NCBI GenBank assembly: GCA_040751795.1
Contig: JBFMHR010000003.1
Span: forward strand, 64,001 to 128,000
Direction of reading: 5' to 3'
Length of the DNA: 64,000 nt
Source: Thermoplasmatota archaeon
GTDB lineage: Archaea > Thermoplasmatota > Thermoplasmata > UBA10834
This document shows, piece by piece, positions 48,519 to 56,941 of the stretch; the first letter of the stretch is position 1, and every line of letters begins with the position of its first letter. A program made the translations under genes and the position numbers. The notes under the pieces were generated by a model. That model saw only the letters and a list, made by a program, of their open reading frames with translations, did not search any database and had not been told where the DNA came from.

Positions 48519-49193
48519 TTACCTCAGGCCCGCCTGCACGGCTAGGCCCTCGTCGGTGATGTCGATCAGCTGCCTCCCGGTTGTGTGCTTGGTCCCCCTC
48601 AGCTTGAGGACCTCGAGGAACTTGCGCCTGACCTTCTCCTCCTCGGGGTAGGAGAGCATGACGACGCCGTCGACCATGTACGATTCCTGGCTGTGCGATA
48701 TGTCGTCGTAGGAGAGCTCCGCGGTTATGATCGCGAGGCACTCGAACGCCTTGAGGTAGGCGAAGAGCTCGTGCATGAACTCCCGGGTCTCCCCCCTCCA
48801 CTGCAGCATGTCCGTCATGGGGGTGATGGGGTCGATGACGATCCTCACCGGGTGGTACTGCTCGATCTGCTTCTTGATCGTGCTCAGGATCTCGCCGGGG
48901 TTCTTGGCCAGGGTCGGCCCGATGTCGATGAAGTTGACCACGCCCCGCTCCACGAGCTGCTGGTCGTAGAACGAGAAGGACGACAGGAACCTCTGGACCA
49001 GCCATTGCGGCTCCGAGATGGCCGTGATGTAGAGGCCCTTCTCCCCCTGGCTCGCGCCGTGGAACAGGCTCTGGACCGCCAGGGTGGTCTTGCCAGTGCC
49101 GGGCTCGCCCGCCACGAGTATCGCGGACGGGAACGGGAAGCCGCCCTGCAGCATGCCGTCGAGCCCGGGTATGCCCGTGGTCTTCCTGGTCAT
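48519..49193 (-). CDS. Single-domain KaiC-like (COG0467) RecA-superfamily ATPase
   Basis: TGIPGLDGML.GG, GEPGTGKT, IVIDP, SYMVDGVV, VLKLRGT. Confidence 0.92.
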   Translation of the reverse strand: MTRKTTGIPGLDGMLQGGFPFPSAILVAGEPGTGKTTLAVQSLFHGASQGEKGLYITAISEPQWLVQRFLSSFSFYDQQLVERGVVNFIDIGPTLAKNPGEILSTIKKQIEQYHPVRIVIDPITPMTDMLQWRGETREFMHELFAYLKAFECLAIITAELSYDDISHSQESYMVDGVVMLSYPEEEKVRRKFLEVLKLRGTKHTTGRQLIDITDEGLAVQAGLR

Positions 49194-49601
49194 TCAGAGC
49201 ACCTCCGAGTCGATGATGAAGACGCACCTGTCGTCTCCCTTCGAGACGCACTTCCTCTCGTGGCAGTAGACGTCCTTGCCCGTGCGCTCCTCGAAGACCT
49301 TCGCGAGCACGCCCCTCAGCATGTGGCACGTGGGGGAGTCGGAGCTCGATACCTCTATGGACCCGCTCACGTTGATCGTGTCGCCCTCGAAGGCTATGTC
49401 ACTGACCCACCCCTCCTTGATCAGGGCATCCCTGACCCTCGAGAGGTCGGTGCCCGTGGCCTTGACAAGGCGGCTGCCGATTATGCGGCCGCACCTGTAG
49501 AACATGCCGTGCGAGGCGAAGGTCATGACGGTCTCATACAGCTTCTTTATCTCTACGAGCTCATCCTTGCGCAGCTTGATGGCGCGCTCCGGTGACTCCA
49601 T
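49194..49601 (-). CDS. V4R (4-vinyl reductase) domain protein
   Basis: PTCHMLRGVL...ERKCVSKGDDRCVF signature. Confidence 0.88.
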   Translation of the reverse strand: MESPERAIKLRKDELVEIKKLYETVMTFASHGMFYRCGRIIGSRLVKATGTDLSRVRDALIKEGWVSDIAFEGDTINVSGSIEVSSSDSPTCHMLRGVLAKVFEERTGKDVYCHERKCVSKGDDRCVFIIDSEVL

Positions 49602-49635
49602 CGATAACCACCTACTCGGGGGTTGGCATCTATCA

Positions 49636-49651
49636 ATAAGTCGGGACTTAT
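49636..49651. promoter_or_regulatory. Perfect 7-2-7 palindrome overlapping the TATA box of the V4R-KaiC-DUF835 operon
   Basis: ATAAGTC-GG-GACTTAT; the minus strand reads CCAAAAGG-TATAAG (BRE-TATA-like). Confidence 0.6.
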
Positions 49652-49743
49652 ACCTTTTGGTCGGGCACTTGCTGGCAGGGCCCCTGGCGTCCCCGGTGGC
49701 CGAGACACCTTAATCTATGACCTACCGCTAATGGGGTGCCGTG

Positions 49744-50280
49744 ATGGAGGTAGAGTCCAAGTTCCGGTCGCCGGGGAACGACAAGGTCGAGAAGGCGCTG
49801 GCGAAGCTGGGGGCCGAGCTCGTCTCCGAGGAGGAGACCGAGGACGTCTACTTCCGGCACCCTGGGCGGGACTTCGGCAAGACCGACGAGGCGCTCAGAC
49901 TGAGGAAGAGGGCGGACGTCTCGGAGCTGACCTACAAGGGCCCGAGGATGAGGCTCGAGCACACGAAGGCGAGGGAGGAGGTCACCCTGAGGACGGGGGA
50001 CGCGCTCGCGGCGCAGAGGATCGTCGAGAGGCTCGGGTTCACGGAGTTCATGACGGTGCGCAAGAGGCGCCGAAACTTCAGGTACGACAAGGTCAGGGTC
50101 GCGGTGGACCTGGTGGACGGGCTGGGCGAGTACGTCGAGCTGGAGCTCATCACAGAGGAGCCCAAGAGGGCGGAGGCGCTCATCGAGCGGATGAGGGCGG
50201 ACCTCTCCCTGACCGACCTCGAGCCGAGGACCTACCTCGAGATGATCCTCGACGGCAGCGCACGTAACGAGAGGAAATGA
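49744..50280 (+). CDS. cyaB: CYTH domain protein (annotated class IV adenylate cyclase; triphosphate tunnel enzyme)
   Basis: EVESK, DVYF, ALRLR, LTYKGP, VRKRR, DLVDGLGEYVELE. Confidence 0.9.
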   Translation: MEVESKFRSPGNDKVEKALAKLGAELVSEEETEDVYFRHPGRDFGKTDEALRLRKRADVSELTYKGPRMRLEHTKAREEVTLRTGDALAAQRIVERLGFTEFMTVRKRRRNFRYDKVRVAVDLVDGLGEYVELELITEEPKRAEALIERMRADLSLTDLEPRTYLEMILDGSARNERK

Positions 50281-50340
50281 GAGGGGGGCGCGCAGCGCCG
50301 ACCTCCCCTGGCGCGCCCGCGCCGGATGGCCCCGGCCACC

Positions 50341-50589
50341 TCAGAGCTTGCTTATCTTCTCCGTCACGAAAGACTTGATCGCCGGGTCGTCGGGGATCGT
50401 GATGGACTTCTTGTACTTCTCGCTCCCGTCGGGGAGGAAGTAGCCTCGCGAAACCGATATGAACTCGCTGTCCCCCTCGTCGGTGATCGCCTTCTTCCTC
50501 GCGACCTCGAGGAAGTTGTTCTTGCCGAAGGGGATCTTCTCAGCACTCAGGGTCTCGAACCGCACCTTTGTTTGCTGTTCATCGTCCAT
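50341..50589 (-). CDS. Small hypothetical protein, 82 aa
   Basis: GGAGG SD, TTTATAT promoter upstream, beta-rich sequence with a C-terminal helix. Confidence 0.8.
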   Translation of the reverse strand: MDDEQQTKVRFETLSAEKIPFGKNNFLEVARKKAITDEGDSEFISVSRGYFLPDGSEKYKKSITIPDDPAIKSFVTEKISKL

Positions 50590-50721
50590 TTGGTGGCCTC
50601 CGTGTTGCAGGGCGTTGGCAAAAGACGGTTCCGTTCATATAAAGGTTGGCGGCGGCCGCATCTTCGAATCCGCGCGGTGCTGGCGCAAATCATAATATAT
50701 CGTGATTGGCTCTTTTCGCGC

Positions 50722-52074
50722 GTGTCTGCCGCCGACGGTGGCCCTCTGCCCCAATCTCAGGACGAGTACTGCGGGCATTGCGGGACCAAGATACCGCCGC
50801 TGGGGCGGTTCTGCCCCACGTGCGGCGCGGTGAGGGAGTCGCTCAGGCTGCAGGCCAGCCAGCAGTACCCGCCCGCCGCCGGGCCGCCGTGGATGCAGCG
50901 GCCCCAGCCCGCCAGGAAGCCGACCTCGTGGCGGGTCGTGATCAAGACCCTGATGGCCTACGGGATGCTGAGCTTCGTCCTCCAGCTGCTCCTCATGCTC
51001 GCCGCGCTCGTCTACGGCACCACCATCGTCCTCCCCGAGATAGTGCACCACACCTACGCCCTGTACGTGATAGCCCCCCTCCTCGTCAAGGTTGGGCAGA
51101 TCTCAGGGGACGCGCTCGGCGCCTACTACATGCTTGTCGTGGCCATCATCATCGCCTCCGCCGTCTGGCTCTTACTCACGGGCGCCAAGGGGTTCCACAG
51201 GGAGCTCACGATGAGGGGGGAGCGGAGGAGGCACAGCGCGGTCTTCGACCTCTGTGGGCTCATGTTCGGCGTCCTGTTCATGAACGTCGTCGTGGTGCTC
51301 ATCACCGAGGCCGTCTCAGGCGAGCCGGTCTCGCCGACCGAGGACGCGGAGCTGTGGGAGCTCCTGTTCCTGCTGGCCAACGCGTCCGTGTGGGAGGAGC
51401 TCATAGTGAGGGTGCTCCTGATAGGGGCGCCCCTCCTGCTGATAGACCTCGCGAGGCACGGGCTGAAGGGGAAGGTCCACCGCTACATGCTCGGCGGCGG
51501 GTTCGACCTCGGCAGGGCCGAGGTCGTCCTCATCCTGGTGTCCTCCGCCCTCTTCGGCCTCGCGCACTTCGACGGGTGGGGGGCGTGGAAGGTCTTCCCC
51601 GCGTCCGTCGCGGGGGTCGCCTTCGGATACATGTTCATGAGGCACGGGCTCGCGTCCGCGATCATGCTCCACTTCGGCTTCGACTACCTCTCCATGCCCA
51701 CGGAGGTCTTCGCCGGCGGAGACAGCATGGGTGCCCTCGTCCTTCTGGGGCTTGCCGTGCTGGCCTGGATGGGCATGGGCGCGGTCTTCTTCGGATACTA
51801 CATCATCAGGATGGTGGAGTTCGTCACGAAGGAGAAGTACTTCGAGGAGAGGGCCCCGGCGCCGACACCCTCCCCGTTCTACTACGCGCCGCAGTACCCC
51901 CCGCCACCGCCGTCGGCACCGCAGCGCATGCAGGGGGACCCGGCACAGGTCTGGGGGCCGCCCCAGGCACCCAGCGGCCCGGGCGGCTTCTTCGTCTGCC
52001 CGGTCTGTGGGTCCACGGGGGCGAGCTGGCGCGACGGGAGGTTCCGGTGCCTAAGGTGCGGGACCGTCGTGTAG
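50722..52074 (+). CDS. CPBP (CAAX/Abi) intramembrane metalloprotease with terminal Zn ribbons
   Basis: WEELIVR, FGLAH, MLHFGFD; CGHCG/CPTCG at the N-terminus and CPVCG/CLRCG at the C-terminus; GTG start inferred from TATA spacing. Confidence 0.82.
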   Translation: MSAADGGPLPQSQDEYCGHCGTKIPPLGRFCPTCGAVRESLRLQASQQYPPAAGPPWMQRPQPARKPTSWRVVIKTLMAYGMLSFVLQLLLMLAALVYGTTIVLPEIVHHTYALYVIAPLLVKVGQISGDALGAYYMLVVAIIIASAVWLLLTGAKGFHRELTMRGERRRHSAVFDLCGLMFGVLFMNVVVVLITEAVSGEPVSPTEDAELWELLFLLANASVWEELIVRVLLIGAPLLLIDLARHGLKGKVHRYMLGGGFDLGRAEVVLILVSSALFGLAHFDGWGAWKVFPASVAGVAFGYMFMRHGLASAIMLHFGFDYLSMPTEVFAGGDSMGALVLLGLAVLAWMGMGAVFFGYYIIRMVEFVTKEKYFEERAPAPTPSPFYYAPQYPPPPPSAPQRMQGDPAQVWGPPQAPSGPGGFFVCPVCGSTGASWRDGRFRCLRCGTVV

Positions 52075-52824
52075 CAGCCGCTCCAGGACGGCCTTGCTCC
52101 GGACCCCCTGGCTCAGGTCGGTGGCCTCGATGACGATGTTGCCGGAGTAGGAGGCGCGGAGGGCGGAGGCCACCTTGCCCAGGTCCGCCGTCCCCTCGTC
52201 TATGACGTTGTGCTGGTCCCACTGGCCCTCGTTGTTGTGCAGGTGGACGTTCCGGAACCGCGCCACGTGGCGCAGCATGTTGTCCACCTCCCCGGCGGTG
52301 TTCGCGTGCCCCATGTCGAAGCAGAGGCCCGCAGTCGTCCCCTCGACGACGGAGAGGAGGTCCTCGGTCCGCGTGCAGGTGGCGTTGATGTTCGCCGGGA
52401 GGTTCTCCACCGCCATCACGACCCCGTGCTCCTCCGCGAAAGGGGCGAGCTCCTGGATGGACCGACGGGTGACGGCCAGCGGCCTCGATCGGTCCAGGAA
52501 GGCGATGCCGTTCACGAACCCCGGATGGACCGTCACGACGCCTATTTCAAGCTCGCGGCATGTCGCGATGACCTTCTTGACCTCGTCCACCGATGCGATC
52601 CTCATCGGCTCGTAGACGCTGCCGATGTTCACGTCGCTCATGGGCACGTGCACCTGGAAACGGAGGTCGAGCGTCTCCCTCGCGCGCAACAGGTCCCTGC
52701 GCACTAGGTCCAGGCGGTGGTCCCCCTCCGAGAGGACCTCCCACATGTCGAAGTGCTCAGCCACCTCCTCCGCCATCCTCGGGAACGGTGTGCTGCAGAA
52801 GAGCGGGGACGCGATGCCGATCAT
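52051..52824 (-). CDS. Sugar phosphate isomerase/epimerase (AP endonuclease 2 TIM barrel) family protein
   Basis: VHVP..DVN, TVHPG, VENL, FDMGHA, HLHNN.G..DQH. Confidence 0.88.
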   Translation of the reverse strand: MIGIASPLFCSTPFPRMAEEVAEHFDMWEVLSEGDHRLDLVRRDLLRARETLDLRFQVHVPMSDVNIGSVYEPMRIASVDEVKKVIATCRELEIGVVTVHPGFVNGIAFLDRSRPLAVTRRSIQELAPFAEEHGVVMAVENLPANINATCTRTEDLLSVVEGTTAGLCFDMGHANTAGEVDNMLRHVARFRNVHLHNNEGQWDQHNVIDEGTADLGKVASALRASYSGNIVIEATDLSQGVRSKAVLERLLHDGPAP

Positions 52825-53207
52825 CGCCCCTCCCCCGCTCCTGCCTCCGACCTCGGCGCGACCTCATCGATTACGCGGTCCGGATTGGACGTGATTATGG
52901 ACACCTCGAGGTCGCCGAGCGCGTGCGTATCCTCCGAGAAGGAGACCTTCCCCGCCGCGGCGACCTGCTTGTTGAGCGCGAATGCGACCCTGTCGGCCTG
53001 GATGCCGCGCCTCAGCGCTGCGCGGGCCGCAGACCTTATCCTCTGCCTCTTGAGGAGCTCCGCGAACCGCTCCATCGAGGAGGCGCTCCCCGTGACGGGG
53101 TCGTCCCCTTCTGCCGAGAAGTCCGGGAACAGGTTCCTGATGGCACCGATGACCTTGTCCCTGTCCTCGGTCGGGAAGCACCTGGCCGATACCCTGATCT
53201 CAGCCAC
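52821..53207 (-). CDS. UPF0201 family RNA-binding-like protein
   Basis: PTEDRDKV..AI.NLFP, QRIRSAAR, LNKQVAAAGKVSF; GTG start. Confidence 0.85.
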   Translation of the reverse strand: MAEIRVSARCFPTEDRDKVIGAIRNLFPDFSAEGDDPVTGSASSMERFAELLKRQRIRSAARAALRRGIQADRVAFALNKQVAAAGKVSFSEDTHALGDLEVSIITSNPDRVIDEVAPRSEAGAGEGR

Positions 53208-53261
53208 GTTGCGACCATGCCCGAAAAGATATTTAAAGACGTCCGCGGTTGGATTGGCGGG

Positions 53262-54713
53262 ATGAAGAAGAGGATTCTCCAGCTTCTCACCGAGAAGGGC
53301 GTTCTCGTCGACCCAGAGGCCGCTGAGGCGCTCTCCGGCCTGAAGGATCCGATGGCGTGCGTCGAGCGGATACTGAACGACGCCGACGGAAGGCCGCTCA
53401 TACTCTCGAAGGAGGACGTAGACGGCTACGCCTCGTGCGCAAAGGCGCCGGTGCCCCGGTCGGAGCCGTCCCCGCCGCACCCGACCGTCGAAGCGCGGGT
53501 GAGGAGGGGTGCGCCCGCCGAGGTGCGCGTGCTCAAGGACATAACGGGTGACTCGACCTGCGTCGGCGACATCATCGATTTCACGAAACTCTTCAACGAC
53601 CGCTACTTCACAATCAAGAAGATGCTGGCGAAGAGGAGGGACCTCGTCGGGATCATACCCATCGCCAAGGCCAAGAAGATGCAGCGGGAGGTCAAGCTCG
53701 TCGGCATGCTGAACGACACGAGGACGACCAAGCACGGCCACACGCTGCTCGAGATAGAGGACGAGACCGACAAGGTACAGGTCCTCGTCATGAAGGGGCC
53801 CAGGCGGGCGGGCGACGGCTTCATCAAGGACGAGGTGCTGGGCGTGGCCGGCGCCTTCAGCAAGGACGGGGAGATCGTCATAGCCAAGGAGATAGTCCGG
53901 CCGGACGTCCCCATGAACAGCGGGATGACGCCGAACGGCCCCGGGGCGGTGATGGCGTTCGTCTCCGACATACACGTCGGCAGCGACACGTTCCTCCCCG
54001 ACGAGTGGAAGAGGTTCATGGAGTGGCTCAGGAAGGACCCTGTCGCGAAGGACATCCGCTACATGATGATGCCCGGGGACCTGGTCGACGGCATAGGGAT
54101 CTACCCCGGCCAGGAGGACGAGCTCCTGATCGAGGACATCTTCGCGCAGTACTCCGAGCTGTCTGAGATGGTCAAGGCCATCCCCGACTGGATCAAGGTC
54201 GTGATGATGCCCGGGAACCACGACGCCGTCAGGCTGGCCGAGCCGCAGCCGGCCCTGCCGAAGGACGTGCAGGCGATGTTCGACTCCAACGTGCTCTTCG
54301 TCGGGAACCCGTGCTACCTGGAGGTGGAGGGGAGGGTGGTCCTCGCCTACCACGGCCGCAGCATGGACGACTACATCAAGAGCATCCCCGGGCTCGACTA
54401 CGCCCACCCGCTGGAGGCCATGAGGGAGATGCTCAGGCGGAGGCACATGGCGCCCGTGTACGGCGAGAGGACGGCCCTGGCCCCCGAGAAGAAGGACTAC
54501 CTCGTGATCGACCAGGTGCCGAACATATTCGTCACTGGGCACGTGCACAAGTGCGGCATCGCGGAGTACAGGGGCATCAAACTCATCAATGCATCCGCAT
54601 GGCAATCACAAACGGAGTTCCAGAGGATGCACAACCAGGTGCCAGATCCAGCCAAGGTGCCGATGATCGACCTCGGCAGCGGGGAGATGTGGGTCGAGGA
54701 CTTCTCCCACTGA
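53262..54713 (+). CDS. polD1: DNA polymerase II (PolD) small subunit DP1
   Basis: OB fold, SDIHVGS, GDLVDGIGIYPGQ, PGNHD, AEPQP, YHGRS, TGHVH, WQSQTEFQ. Confidence 0.95.
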   Translation: MKKRILQLLTEKGVLVDPEAAEALSGLKDPMACVERILNDADGRPLILSKEDVDGYASCAKAPVPRSEPSPPHPTVEARVRRGAPAEVRVLKDITGDSTCVGDIIDFTKLFNDRYFTIKKMLAKRRDLVGIIPIAKAKKMQREVKLVGMLNDTRTTKHGHTLLEIEDETDKVQVLVMKGPRRAGDGFIKDEVLGVAGAFSKDGEIVIAKEIVRPDVPMNSGMTPNGPGAVMAFVSDIHVGSDTFLPDEWKRFMEWLRKDPVAKDIRYMMMPGDLVDGIGIYPGQEDELLIEDIFAQYSELSEMVKAIPDWIKVVMMPGNHDAVRLAEPQPALPKDVQAMFDSNVLFVGNPCYLEVEGRVVLAYHGRSMDDYIKSIPGLDYAHPLEAMREMLRRRHMAPVYGERTALAPEKKDYLVIDQVPNIFVTGHVHKCGIAEYRGIKLINASAWQSQTEFQRMHNQVPDPAKVPMIDLGSGEMWVEDFSH

Positions 54714-54755
54714 CGCCGGAAGAGGGTTCATATCCGCTCGACGTCATCCGGTCTC

Positions 54756-56180
54756 ATGCACGGCCTCGACGTCTTCTTCGAGCCGAAGTCCGTGGCGGTC
54801 ATAGGCGCGACCCCCACCCCCGGGAAGGTGGGGAACATCGTGATCGAGAACCTGTACGGGGAGGGGTACCCCGGCAGGGTCTTCCTCGTCAACCCGAACC
54901 ACAAGGAGCTGCTGGGCATGCCCTGCTACCCGTCGGTGGCGGACTGCCCTGGCGACGTGGACCTGGCCGTGGTCGTCGTCCCCGCGAAGCTCGTCCCCGG
55001 CGTTATGGAGGAGGCCGGGCGTAAGGGCGTGAAGGCCGCGGTGGTCATCTCCGCTGGCTTCTCCGAGGGGGACGAGGAGGGCAGGGCGAGGGAGAGGGAG
55101 GTGCTCGACGTCGCCGCGAGGCACGGGACGAGGTTCGTCGGCCCCAACTCCCTCGGGGTCATCGCGCCTCACGCGCGCATGAACGCGTCGTTCGCCCGGA
55201 CGACGCCGCTCAAGGGGCCCATAGCGTTCTTCTCCCAGAGCGGGGCGTTCTGCACCGCGGCCATAGAGTACTCCGTCCGCGAGATGCTCGGGTTCTCGGC
55301 CTTCGTCAGCTCCGGCAACAAGGCCGACATCGACGACTCCGACCTGATCAGGCACTTCGCATCGGACGAGAGGACCCGCTGCATCGCGGCGTACATGGAG
55401 TCGACCAGGGACGGCCAGGCGTTCTTCGACGCCCTGGGGGAGGCGTCCCTGAGGAAGCCGGTGGTGATACTCAAGGCTGGGAGGACGGAGCGCGGGGCGA
55501 GGGCCGCGAAGTCCCACACGGGCGCGCTGGCCGGCTCCGACTCCGCCTACGAGGGCGTGTTCAGGCAGACGGGCGTGTACAGGGCCAAGACCATGTACGA
55601 GCTCTTCGACGCGGCGCAGGCGCTCGCGTACCAGCCCCCCATGGACGGCGACGGCGTGGCGATCGTGACCAACGCCGGGGGGATGGGCGTCATCGCCACG
55701 GACTTCGCCAACGACCTGGGCCTCGGCCTCGCCGAGCTGTCCGAGGGGACGCTCGAGGAGATACGGAGGGCGTGCCCGCCGACCTGGAACCCCGGGAACC
55801 CTGTCGACATAATCGGGGACGCGGACACCGCGAGGTACGCCAACGTGCTGACCGCCGTCGGCAAGGCCCCGGAGGTGAAGGCCATCATGGTCATCGCGGC
55901 GCGCCAGGCCGCCACCAACCTGTTCCAGATCGCCAAGTGGATAGCGATAACCGCGCGCATAAGCGGCAAGCCCACCGTCGCGTGCTTCGCCGGGATTTTC
56001 GACCAGGAGTCGGAGCAGTTCCTGGACTCGAAGGGCATCCCGGTCATGTCCGTGCCGGAGCGCGCGATAACCGCGCTGCACGCGCTCTCCGAGCGTGGGA
56101 AGTGGCTCAGGAAGAAGGGAGTGGAGGTCCCGAGGCGGCCGAGGAACGGGGAGATGGACGGCCTACCCGACCAGGTCTAG
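54756..56180 (+). CDS. acdA: Acetate/acyl--CoA ligase (ADP-forming) alpha subunit
   Basis: SVAVIGA, ISAGFSE, GPNSLG, SQSGA, phospho-His SHTGALAG, TNAGG, NPVD. Confidence 0.9.
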   Translation: MHGLDVFFEPKSVAVIGATPTPGKVGNIVIENLYGEGYPGRVFLVNPNHKELLGMPCYPSVADCPGDVDLAVVVVPAKLVPGVMEEAGRKGVKAAVVISAGFSEGDEEGRAREREVLDVAARHGTRFVGPNSLGVIAPHARMNASFARTTPLKGPIAFFSQSGAFCTAAIEYSVREMLGFSAFVSSGNKADIDDSDLIRHFASDERTRCIAAYMESTRDGQAFFDALGEASLRKPVVILKAGRTERGARAAKSHTGALAGSDSAYEGVFRQTGVYRAKTMYELFDAAQALAYQPPMDGDGVAIVTNAGGMGVIATDFANDLGLGLAELSEGTLEEIRRACPPTWNPGNPVDIIGDADTARYANVLTAVGKAPEVKAIMVIAARQAATNLFQIAKWIAITARISGKPTVACFAGIFDQESEQFLDSKGIPVMSVPERAITALHALSERGKWLRKKGVEVPRRPRNGEMDGLPDQV

Positions 56181-56297
56181 GAGAATGAGCGCGTAGCCGA
56201 TGCCCATGAAGACCAGCCCCGCCAGGAAGCCCACCCAGAAGAGCTTCAGGAGCTTCACGCGGTCGTGCAGGAAGTCGAGGAGCGGCGACACCGTCAC
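56163..56297 (-). CDS. Small single-TM protein (44 aa) coupled to atpD
   Basis: GTG overlaps the atpD TGA (GTGA); MTVSPLLDFLHDRVKLLKLFWVGFLAGLVFMGIGYALILLDLVG. Confidence 0.65.
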   Translation of the reverse strand: MTVSPLLDFLHDRVKLLKLFWVGFLAGLVFMGIGYALILLDLVG

Positions 56298-56935
56298 GCC
56301 TCTGCCCGCTTCTCCGCCTTGTCCTTGATGCGCTTCAGGCGGAATATGTTGTCCCGCTCCATCTCCTCCAGCCTGAACCTGATGAACCGCTCTATCTCCT
56401 GCAGCTCCGGGAGCACCTTGAACTCGAGGGCGTTGACCCTGCGCTTGGTCCTCTCTATCTCCTCGAGCAGCTTCTTCATCGTCGTCTCGAGTTCGGCCGC
56501 CTTGACGACGGTCTCCACGAGCTTCTCGTAGGCGTCGGCGGCCTCGTCGATCCTGGGGGAGGTGCCTATGATGCCGTAGCCGCGCTCGTCGAGCGGCGCG
56601 ACTATCCTGGACGACTTGATCTCCGGCACGACCACGCCCATCAGGTTCCTGCTCTTGAGCTGTATCTCCGGGTGAACGGTGAGCGCGTACGCGGCCGACC
56701 GGACGGCTATGACGCCGTCGACGGCGCCCGCTACCGCGATCTTCTCCCGCGCCTGGACGTACTGCCGGGCGATCTCCCGCCTCAGGTCCTTGGCCTGGTC
56801 GAGTATGTTGAAGAACTCGAGTATCAGGCCGTCCCTCTTCAGCTTGAGGATCTTGTGGCCGTTCTTGGTCAGCCTGATCTTCCTGGTGACCTCGAGCAGC
56901 TCGGACCTGGTCGGCTGGACCTCCCTGACCGGCAT
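56294..56935 (-). CDS. atpD: A-type ATP synthase subunit D
   Basis: PTRSELL, GHKILKLKRD, TKRRVNALE. Confidence 0.96.
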   Translation of the reverse strand: MPVREVQPTRSELLEVTRKIRLTKNGHKILKLKRDGLILEFFNILDQAKDLRREIARQYVQAREKIAVAGAVDGVIAVRSAAYALTVHPEIQLKSRNLMGVVVPEIKSSRIVAPLDERGYGIIGTSPRIDEAADAYEKLVETVVKAAELETTMKKLLEEIERTKRRVNALEFKVLPELQEIERFIRFRLEEMERDNIFRLKRIKDKAEKRAEA

Positions 56936-56941
56936 CCTGTC

